Shown: in pieces, positions 48,069 through 57,458 of the stretch | How positions within the stretch are numbered: position 1 is the stretch's first letter | Layout of the letters: each line of letters opens with the position of its first letter | Origin: Blastocladiella emersonii ATCC 22665 | Lineage: Eukaryota; Fungi; Blastocladiomycota | Assembly (NCBI GenBank): GCA_025594325.1 | Contig: JANHCV010000001.1 | Location: forward strand, 5,022,001-5,086,000 | DNA length: 64,000 nucleotides | Direction: 5' to 3' | Position numbers and translations under genes: made by a program | The notes under the pieces: model-generated | Databases searched by the model: none | What the model was told of the DNA's origin: nothing | What the model saw: the letters and a program-made list of their open reading frames with translations, nothing else

Positions 48069-48697
48069 ATTGCAGGAACCACGCTCGAATGAGGGTGTGA
48101 TTTGAAGAGCTGGATTGATGGTATGAATGCTGAGAGTGAAGGGAATGGCGTGACAACAACCTCGCTCTGTCCGCGCTAGCTTAGTAGCCACAAGCTTCCT
48201 TGAGAAATGTGGGAGGTAGCGAGAGGTGCCCAGCCGCGTTATCGCGGGATTCCTTGATCAAGCAAGCACACCGCCAAAATGGACATCGAGAGACTACCGC
48301 ATGTCCATCATATCGGAAACCGGGCCAAGAAGCCCCAGAACAATATGAAAATGCGCACTAGACCGCCAGTCAGGCTGGCAAGCGCGGGAATCAGGATTGC
48401 CAACGGAACACGAGAAGAAGTTGCGCGAATAATGACAATCGAGCATGGTCGCGAAAGACTTGCAGCACTTCGACCGTGAAAATCAACACACGAAGGCGCG
48501 GATGGCTGAGGGAGCCCGACGCGCGTGACGCGCCAAGTGATCGGTACGCGTTGCGCCACTCGCGCCACAGCTGAGCCACTTACGTCATCGGGCGGAGGGC
48601 GTGCGAACCCGCTGCAAGCTCCGGTACGGGAGATTGGAAGCATATTATCGCGGTAGTCACGAACAAGAAATCTCACGCAGCACGATTATAAACGTCC

Positions 48698-48750
48698 GCA
48701 GCGCCCGCGCGGCCGGCGCGGCTTTTTCACGGCGGCCGCGCGGATGCCGC
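48698..48750. repeat. 53-bp hairpin repeat, copy 2
   Basis: GCAGCGCCCGCGCGGCCG-GCGCGGCTTTTTCACGG-CGGCCGCGCGGATGCCGC; 15/18 Watson-Crick pairs. Confidence 0.9.
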
Positions 48751-48914
48751 GAGCCAAAGCCAAGGCTTGCGTGAGATGATGGTCAAATCTGGCCCGAGTG
48801 AGCGAAGCAGGCTTCTGATTGCACAAATTCGCTGAGATTCGTGAGAGTAGGGGCCGATCAAGCGCGCGAACGGTCGTAGAGGAAGGACACGGTTGTGAAA
48901 TTAGAAAGCAAATG

Positions 48915-48938
48915 TCAGCGTCAGCGTCAGCGTCAGCG
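48915..48938. repeat. (TCAGCG)4 microsatellite
   Basis: Four perfect hexamer units. Confidence 0.9.
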
Positions 48939-49266
48939 AGTAGCTTCGCACTCGTCGCAACCATTCTCAGTCCTTTGAACACCGGTAATAGTGCGCCAGA
49001 CCGCACCGGCTGCAGCGTCGTGGACACCGGCCTCCGATCACATCCATGACATAGCGCACAAACCGCTCAACGCGCGGATCAACTCGGAAGTCGACGCGTG
49101 CAAGATCAAGTTGTGTGGTTATCGGCCAATGAGACTACCTCGCTCCACTAAAGCTCAAGATTGGTATCAGGTACGTGTAGATTTGCCCGAAAACTTCGAA
49201 TCGCTTGAAGCAACACCCGCAGACCGATGAGAGCCGCGACCCAACACTCGCGCGACATTCGCGTGG

Positions 49267-49319
49267 GCAGCGGCCGCGCGACCGGCGCGGTCTTTTCACG
49301 GCGGCCGCGCGGGCGCTGC
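49267..49319. repeat. 53-bp hairpin repeat, copy 3
   Basis: GCAGCGGCCGCGCGACCG-GCGCGGTCTTTTCACGG-CGGCCGCGCGGGCGCTGC; 16/18 Watson-Crick pairs. Confidence 0.9.
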
Positions 49320-50211
49320 GTCGAGCAGTACCGCGTGAGGGCGAGGTCCGGGTCCAAGCGATCCAGGAGTGAGACAGAGATGATGCGAGCGGAATGTGTG
49401 AAGCTGACGAAGTGTCCAAGCGATATGTGGCTCTCGTTCAGGAAGTGACGAATGACCAGTGAGCTGTGAAGCGGACGTAATCTGGCCAGCGAGGGCGTTG
49501 TTCGACCTCGGCGTGCTGAGAGCATCGACAGTTGAACAGCGCAGACCAAGCCGATTAAAGGATGGCGATGCCGAGAATGTTGTTTTGCGACTCGGCATGC
49601 AGCACTGCAACTCAGACGCTATGCCTTGCCGCTGATCCACATGAGGGAACGCGAGTCGACCTGGAACGTCAGCGCGGCCAAGCCAAACGACACAACGGTG
49701 CTGGGATTGGCAGTCACTTCCAATTGCGAAAAAAAAAGTGCCCCGGATGTTGCCCAAACAACGGGCAAGCTGCTCGTCACGACCCAACAAACACTTGACA
49801 GCTCATCTTTACTGCAGTCGATGCGCGCGCGAAGCTGGCAAGTGCCATTGAGCGATGTCCCACGATTAGTGCTGTCCTGGACCTCGAGTACCAAGTGGAT
49901 CGACTGATTGCTGCAAGGCGAAACCGGCGAGGACCGAGCGAAGCCAGGACGCGTGCGTGAACCAGAGAACGCGCGCCCGCCATGATAGCAAGAGGCACGG
50001 CGGTGCTTGTTATACATGTTGCTGCAAGTGATACATGGTCTACGGTTGAGGGTGCGATGATACGCGCGGCGAGCGGAAGAGCGAGTGCGGTGGCCGGGGC
50101 TGGGCCGCGCACGGCACCGACCGCGGCGCGTCGCGTTTCAGGCTTGCCACCTCCACCTCGCTCAGAAACCATCGACAAAAATCGATATCTTACACGCTCA
50201 ACACACTCGCT

Positions 50212-53200
50212 TTACAAAACCTCGAGCCGGCGGAGCGTGCCCTCGAGGACCTGGCGGGGCACGATCTTGGAGTTACCGATGGTGGCGCTGACCGAGAGCC
50301 GCGGGAGGTACTCGTGGAGCAGCTGGCCGAGGAGCTCGCGCTGCTCCTCGGGGTCGAACACCCTGGGCGACGAGTCGAACGCGAACCCGCCCGCGGTCCC
50401 GTCGGCGGGCACGAACACGGACGGCAGCTCGGCGAACATGCTGGACAGCAGGACTGCGTAGTCGGCAAAGTGCGGCATGGCGAGCAGCTTGCGGTACAGC
50501 TCGCCGAGCCGCTTGCCGTGGAACAGCGCCGACGGGTCCGACTTGCGGTGCTGGACGAACAGGCGCACGTAAAACCGCAGGATGTTCGAGTACACGGGCA
50601 GCTTGTTGACGTCGGGCGGCGTGGCGGGCGTGAAGTTGGCCGCGTCGACGAGCGGGCACGCACGCTCGAGCGCCGACCACATGGCGACCACGAACATCGG
50701 GTTCTGCAGCGCGACGCCCTGCGTGAAGATGGCCAGGATCCGGCGGTTGCCCTCGCTGCCGAGGTTGTCGAGGAGCAGCTTGATCACCGTCTGCCGCAGC
50801 GCGTCGCCGTGGCCCTGCTGCTCGGCGCGCGACAGGCACGCGCGCACGACGCCCGTCGCCTGCGAGAGCGGCTTGCCCGACGGATCGGGGGCCTCGAGCA
50901 GCGCGCGGACGTGCCGCTCGACCTCGGCCTTGAGGTCCGCGAGCGAGCGCGCGGGCTCGTGCGACGACGCAGCCGCCGCCATGCTCGCGGCGCCCGAGTA
51001 CGACATGGAGCTTATGGGCCGGGAGGTCGGAGCGGGAGCGGGCGCGGGCGACGGCGGCGCAAAGATGTTGGCGGCGGTGGTCCCGTTGGGCGGGAAGCTG
51101 GTGCGGCTGCCGGCGCCACCGACGCGGCTGGCCATGTCGTTGGCGAGCGACGCGAACACGGCCGACGGGTAGATGGGCTCCGAGTCGACCGAGTCGGCGA
51201 CCGAGGCCGGGGCCGGCGCGGGCTGCTGCTGCTGCGAGTGCTGCTGCTGCTGCATGCGCGCGGGCGTCGACGCCGTAGTGCCCGAGTACCCGCCCGAGTA
51301 CGCGTTTGTGAACGCGTCCATGTCAAAGAGGTCGGCCGTTGAGGTACCCGACGCGGTCGGCGGAATCGAGGCGGGCGCCGAGGCGGTGCGGGCCGAGTCG
51401 TACGAGCCGAACAGCGAGTGCTCGGCCTGGACCTGCGCGATCGGCGTGGACGGCGCATCGAACGCGCCGATGAGCGGGTCCGCCGCTGACGACGAGTACG
51501 AGGGCGCGGGCTGCTCCATCTTGGGCAGCGCGGGCGCGGGCGTCGGTGCAGCGGCGGCCGCCCCGCCGAGCATCTGGACCTCGGCCGCGTGCGCGTCGGT
51601 GGCGCGCTGGACGGCGGCCACGAGCTCGTCGCCGGCGGGGTGGACGCTGACGGTCGAGATGAGGTTGTCGAGGCGGTCGCCCTCGAACTTGGCGATCGCC
51701 GTCGTCGCGCGCTCGGACCCGAGCACCGCGGCGGCGAGGGTGACGGGCGGCTCGGACTCGGCGTGCGACGAGTGCTTGAGGGCCTCCTCGACGGCGACGA
51801 GCAGCGGCATGGCAAAGTAGTTGTGGGTCTCGCCCGACCACGGGATCGTCGCGCAGATCTCGACCCACAGGCGCAAAAAGTTGACGTCGTCGGCGCCCGT
51901 GGCCGTCGACGTGGTAAAGGCGCGGGTCACGGACGGGCACCGCGTCAGCACCTCGACGAGGAACGCCAGCTTGGCCTCGCGCAGCGTCATGACACCGACC
52001 ACGGCCTGGCACAGGTACTCGAGCTTGGCCGACGCGAGGAACGAGGGCGACAGGAGGTGCTTCTACAGGGGCAGATGCAAGCGAGAGTCAGTTGATGATT
52101 TCGCTCCACTGGGCCAACCCAGCAAAAAAGCGTACCGCGATGGCGCAGTAAATGAGGCGACACGCGGCGAGCGTCCACGGCAACTGCCCCGCGGGCTCGA
52201 GGCTGCCGCTGAGCGTGCGCGCGCGCTGGTAGATGCCGCGGACGTGGCGCGTGAACCGGCGGATCCAGACCGTGGACGGCCACATGGGCTTGATGACCTC
52301 GTCGACGAACCCCTTGTAGTCGATGCCGGCCATGAGGGCGCCAATGTCGACGCGGTCGAACAGCGGGAGCACCTCGAGCGCGTCGAGGTGGATCTTGAAC
52401 ACGGTGTTGCCGGCGATGCACTGGACAGCGGTACCCTGGAGCTCGGTCGCGGGCCACTCGGCGCGGTCCATGACGAACAGGGGCCACTCGGGGCGCACCG
52501 CGTTGGCGCGGTTGTGCGCGACCGTCGCCCAGTGCGGCTCGTGCGGCGGCACAAAATCGGACTGCTGCAGGGCGCCGTCAAGGAGGCCGCGGTTCTGGAA
52601 CGACTCGAGGAGGTCCTGGGTCGCGGCACGGTCCTCGGCGAACATGGCGTAGCCGGCGAGGTTGAAGACGATCGGGACGAGCAGCTCGAGGATGTGGCGC
52701 GGCGGCAGCCGCGGGTCGTCGTCGAGCACGGCGCGCAGCCACACGACGACGGGCGCGACGTACAGCTCGGGGCACGTCTCCTTGACGGCGTCGTGCACAG
52801 CGATACACGTCCACAGGGCGACGGCGTTGGCCTGGCACGCGTGCCACGCGGGCTCGTTGGTCGGGGCGGGCCGCTCCATGATGGGCCCCCACAGGGCGGG
52901 CACGAGGCGGAGGCAGCCCGAGAAGGCGGCGAGGATGAAGGGGCGGCCGGTGCTGCGCGAGAAGTGGCCCGAGTGGCGGACAACGTGCTTCTCGGGCCCG
53001 CGCGACCGCATCGTGATCTGCTCGACGGCGTGCGCCATGGACCGGATGATGGCAACGGCGGCGGCCGCGCGGCCGTACTTTTCGCGCAGCGTCTGCGAGT
53101 GGGCGAGCAGCTCGCGCATGACGCCGGCGTCGGGCCGGCGCGAGTTGAATGAGTTGGCGAAATGGTCGACGACAAAGTCGAGCAGCTTGTGGGCCTCGCC

Positions 53201-54642
53201 GTGCGCCGACGCCATCTCGGCCTCGCACCGCTGCGCCCACTCGAGGTGCTCGGTCGTGCACTTTTGGATGGCGGTGCGCGCGCGGACCGTGTCGGAGATG
53301 GAGACCGGGAACGACGACAGCGCCATGGACCAGTCCTCGTCGTGGTCGGCCGAGGTGGCGGCAGCAGCGGCCGGCGCGCGCGACTTGGGCTCGGAGGCGC
53401 GGCGGCCCGGACCCGAGCCGCGCAGGCTGGGCGAGACGAGGGCAGCGAGGCGCGCGGCGTTGGCAGCCGACTTTTCGGGATCGGGCAGCGGGGTGGGGAT
53501 GCGGCCCTGGGCGGGCGCCGCGGGAGCAGTGGAGCGAGGTGCGGGCGCGGGAGTCGGGGTGCGCGCAGTGGTGGCGTCGGCGAGCATGTTCTCCCACGAC
53601 TGGTCCTGCTGCTGCTGCTGCTGCTGCTGCGGGGCGGCGGGCTCGGGCGCATGGTGGTGCTGATGGGGCTCGTAGGCGGGCGCAGCGGTCTCGAGCTTGC
53701 GGAACTCGACCTCGGGCGCGGGCGCGGGCTTGGTGTAGGCGGTGGTGCCGTTCGCGGTGGTAGCGGTGCCGTTGGTAGCGGGGGCGGGCCAGTCGAACAG
53801 GCTGTTGACGAGGTCGGTGGCGGCACCGTTCCCGGCGGTCGACGGGCGCGTCGCGGCGGGCGTGTGCTGCGCCTGCTGCTGCTGCGACGGCGGGTGGAAC
53901 GCGTCGGCAAGCTGCTCGCGGACAGGAGCAGCGATCGGCGCGTCGCCCTCGATGAGCGCGAGCGCGGCGCGTAGGTGCGCGGCGAGGTCGCCCGAGAGCG
54001 CCGTGGCGTCGATCTCGGTCTCCTTGTCGGTCGCGCGCGCAAAGTCGGCATGGGCGTCAGCGACCTGGCGGTGCAGCGCGGTCTCGGCGTCGCGGAGCTG
54101 GTGCTTAAGCTGCTCGGTGCTGGCGCGGGTGGCGCTCTGGAAGAAGGCGGCCTTGATCTCGGCGGCGCGCTGCGCGTCAAGCAGGACCAGCATGGTGCGG
54201 TACAGGGCGTGGCGGTACGCGTGCAGGTCGGCCGGGCGGGCGTCGGCGAGCGCGCCCGCGGCGTACCGCGCGGCGAGCAGGCGGAACAGGTCGAGCTGCA
54301 CGGTGGGAGCCATGGCGGCCCACGGCGCCGAGTTGGTGGTGGGGGCGAGAGGCTCCGAGACAGCGGCAGGCGCGGGCGGCGGTGCCGGAGCGGGCGGCGG
54401 CGGCTGCGCGTAGCCCCCGAACATGTCGAGGTCGGCCTGCGAGAGGATCGGCGGCGCCGGGTCGTCCACTACTCGCCGGCGGCGGTGGCGAGGGTGTCAG
54501 CGCAATGCCATCGGTGGATGCGCGAGAGCCGAGCGAGACAGTGCATACACAGAGACGGGTGGTTCGGCGTGCTGAGCTCGCTACGCGGGGTCGGCGTCCA
54601 GTCGTCAGAGAGAAGCGAGGGCGAGAGGAGGTCGGCGGTCAT
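50212..54642 (-). CDS. Large hypothetical alpha-helical protein (about 1425 aa)
   Basis: Introns 54548-54469 and 52135-52063 join the ORFs in frame; strong GC3 bias; no motif recognised. Confidence 0.7.
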
Positions 54643-55102
54643 GGTTTGAGGGATGGGCGAGGTCCGACGCGAAGGGCAGCGGCGACGAATGGGGTTTAAG
54701 GCCGTTCCCACGCATGGACTCGCCCTGGACACCAACCCGCGCCGCGCATGACCTCGCTTCCCACCCGCAAATTATTCAAGACGGCAACGTACGCTGAGCG
54801 GCTGCGATTGCCGAGAGTTACGCGACGACGGCGACGCAGACTTTTCAAGTCGAGCTCGATGATGGGAGCCAACGCGACGTGCATTGCATATTGCGCCACC
54901 GCCACACGCAACGCGGCGGGCCAAACGCGTGTGTCTCGGGTCCGAGCGGCGGTCGCGCGAGCCCACGTGAGGCGTTGCTACCACAGCGCGGGCGGCGGGC
55001 GGCGACTTGTGTGGGCGCCGCGGCTTTCGGTGCTCCCTCTCCCCGGCTTTTCCAAGACCTTTCGGTACACGCATGCCGTCCGCCCGCCCGCTGGGCCTGC
55101 CG

Positions 55103-55269
55103 GCCTGCCCTGCCCATGTCTGCTCGGCCACCGTCCCCCCAGGCTGCTGTCGCGCCCGTTCTGTTGCAGCTGGCGCTCGGGTCGCCTGCGACGGCTGGTG
55201 GAGGACCGAGGTCGCCCGATCAGACCAGCGACCATCGCCAACACTCCGAGCAGACATGGACAGGCAGGC
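55103..55269 (+). other. Long-range RNA stem within the RPL28 5'UTR intron
   Basis: 55103-55127 pairs with 55246-55269 (14 perfect bp CCATGTCTGCTCGG/CCGAGCAGACATGG plus 9 more). Branch CTAAC at 55305, acceptor CAG ending 55331, candidate donor 55065. Confidence 0.7.
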
Positions 55270-55346
55270 TTGCAGCGCGCTGGGCACTCGATGTATCACC
55301 GCGGCTAACCGACGTTTGCCTCCTCCTGCAGGACAAATACTTCAAC

Positions 55347-55688
55347 ATGTCGTCGTCGCTCGTCTGGATGCTCCTCAAGTCGAACAACTCGTTCCTTGTT
55401 CGCCGCAACGGCGTCGAGTTCTCCGCTGAGAAGTCGAACCTCACCCAGCGCAACACCCCCCGCTTCTCCGGCCTCGTCGCTGCCAAGCCCGTGACCGTCC
55501 GCAAGATCGGCGGCAAGCACAACAAGGTCGCCATCCGCGTCGGCTCGGTCAAGACCACCATCACCAAGGCTGGCAACGCCGCCCTCCTCAAGAAGGCCGG
55601 CAACTTCATCGGCAAGATCCGCCCCGACCTGAAGGCCGTCGCCCTCAAGCGCATCTCGGCTGCCTCCCGCAAGGCCTTCAAGGCCTAA
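55347..55688 (+). CDS. RPL28: 60S ribosomal protein eL28
   Basis: SSSLVWMLLKSNNSFLVRR, FSAEKSNLT.RN..RFSGL, RPDLK..AL.R.SA. Confidence 0.93.
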   Translation: MSSSLVWMLLKSNNSFLVRRNGVEFSAEKSNLTQRNTPRFSGLVAAKPVTVRKIGGKHNKVAIRVGSVKTTITKAGNAALLKKAGNFIGKIRPDLKAVALKRISAASRKAFKA

Positions 55689-55886
55689 AGCGGTCGTCGC
55701 TCGACTGTTTTGGTGCTTGTCCGCTCTTGGAGCGTGCGTGCAATATACACACGTAAAAATTCGAATCTACACAGTCCGTGGCGACCGCTCGTGTGATGCT
55801 CATGTGAGCGCGTTTTACTCTCGCTTTCACCTCGCGTCTCGTCCACCGCACCTTCCCTCTCCCCTCCACCCACCCCACTTCTTGCT

Positions 55887-57407
55887 ATGACATCTCGCCG
55901 GGACCTGCAGGACCTGCCCGTCGACAACGACGGCCCCGCGACCCTCGTCGGCGCCGCCCCGCCCGCGCTGCACGCCGCGCCCGTCGCGACCATGGCCACC
56001 GTCTCGTTCCGGCACCGCCTCGTCGGCGCGCTCCGCCGCGGCACCCTCACCCTCGAGCGCACCGCGATCGCCGCCCCTGCCTCCTCTCCCGAAACCCTCC
56101 CGCCCGCGTCGGCCACACCCTCGCCCGCGCTGTCCGCGACGATCGAGACCCCGGGCCTCGCCGTGTACACGCGGCGGCTCGTCGTCCCGCACATGACGCA
56201 CGACACGCTTGCTCTCGCGAAACCCGCGCCGGCGCTCATGGACCTGCCGCTCGAGAGCTCCATGAACGCGCTCCCCGCGACGTACCCGGGCACGCTGCGG
56301 TCGCTGGCCAACCTGCACGACGCCTTCACGCTGTTCACGGGCCGCGACGCGGCGGCCGCCATGGACAAGAACGCGGCGCACGGGAAAGATTTCGTGCACG
56401 TGCGCACCGAGCGCGGGCTCGGGAAGTTGACGGCCGACGGGTTCGCGGACCTCGTCAAGAAGTGGAACCCGGACGTGGCCGCGGCGCCTGCCGCGGTCCT
56501 CGCGGGGGAGGTTTCGGACAAGGTGGCGAGCCGCGCCGTCGACCGCACGCTGGGGATGCTCGACAAGTCCCTCCCGCTGCTCCCCGCCTCGACCCCCGTG
56601 TTCGCGACGGTCACGGGCACGTCGCCCGCGACGCTCGATAAGTGCGCCGCGCACATCGCGAGCCGGCCCCGGATCGCCGGCTACGTGCTCGACGCGCCGC
56701 GCCTCGCGTCCGGTGCGGACCTGACCCCGGCCCTCGCCGCGCTCGACCCCGCGAAACCGCGGTACGCCGCGTCGCTCCTGACGCCCGACGCCATGGCGCG
56801 GAATCTCGGGGCGGCGGACATGTTCTCGTCGGCGTTCGCGTACTCCCTCGCGTCGCACGGGTACGCGCTGCACCTCAGCCTGCACGACGGCGAGAATGCG
56901 ATCCATAACCTCGCGAGCGGCGAGTTCCGCACCGACACGACGCCACTGCTCACTGGGTGCGAGTGCTGGGCGTGCGCCAAGCATACGCGCGCGTACGTGT
57001 TCCACCTGCTCGATTGCCATGAGATGCTGGGCTGGACGCTGCTCGCCATGTACGTTTCGCTGCTACGCTTGCTTCGCGAGAACGAGTTACTGATACGGGA
57101 GTTCTGTAGCCACAACGTGCACCAGCTCGACGCGTTCCTGGCCTCGATCCGCGCGGCCATCGACACGAACGTCGGCGCCGCGGCGCAGGCCGCCGTCGAC
57201 GCGTGGCTCGCGCGGTACGAGCGCGACGTCGGGCCCGAGCAGAAGCGTATCGTCGACGAGGTCCTCGGCCTCGGCCTGCCCACCGCGACCGCGGCCAAGG
57301 CGGCGACCGAGAAGCCGCAGCTCAAGCGGCCACGGTCCACGGACTCTGCGGCGGCCGCCGAGTCCGAGAAGAAGACGAAGAAGCAGAAGACGGGCAGCAG
57401 CGAGTGA
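55887..57407 (+). CDS. QTRT2: Queuine tRNA-ribosyltransferase accessory subunit
   Basis: GCECWACAKHTRAYVFHLLDCHEMLGWTLLAIHN (after removing in-frame intron 57050-57109); TPH-like ETPG..VYTRR..VPHMT.D N-terminus. Confidence 0.88.
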   Translation: MTSRRDLQDLPVDNDGPATLVGAAPPALHAAPVATMATVSFRHRLVGALRRGTLTLERTAIAAPASSPETLPPASATPSPALSATIETPGLAVYTRRLVVPHMTHDTLALAKPAPALMDLPLESSMNALPATYPGTLRSLANLHDAFTLFTGRDAAAAMDKNAAHGKDFVHVRTERGLGKLTADGFADLVKKWNPDVAAAPAAVLAGEVSDKVASRAVDRTLGMLDKSLPLLPASTPVFATVTGTSPATLDKCAAHIASRPRIAGYVLDAPRLASGADLTPALAALDPAKPRYAASLLTPDAMARNLGAADMFSSAFAYSLASHGYALHLSLHDGENAIHNLASGEFRTDTTPLLTGCECWACAKHTRAYVFHLLDCHEMLGWTLLAMYVSLLRLLRENELLIREFCSHNVHQLDAFLASIRAAIDTNVGAAAQAAVDAWLARYERDVGPEQKRIVDEVLGLGLPTATAAKAATEKPQLKRPRSTDSAAAAESEKKTKKQKTGSSE

Positions 57408-57458
57408 ACAGAACCTACTACTACTAGTACATTGTATTTTGCGCCAACCACCACCGAC

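Noticed and set aside
48462-48508. Possible inverted fourth hairpin copy around CCGTGAAAA (48474-48482)
   Set aside because: Only the 9-nt core and GCAGC match; the arms neither align nor pair.
48016-49319. CRISPR array, Helitron end or MITE interpretation of the hairpins
   Set aside because: Spacers exceed 500 bp and there are no cas genes; no CTRR terminus on either side; flanks show no target-site duplication.
48016-49319. Protein-coding explanation for repeat conservation (RAAAVKxPRR peptides on the minus strand)
   Set aside because: In that frame, differences among copies fall mostly at first and second codon positions.
48279-49907. Short ORFs in the island (48279-48479, 48308-48676, 48991-49230, 49626-49907)
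   Set aside because: No codon bias or motifs, several non-ATG starts; the hydrophobic end of 48308-48676 is not enough alone.
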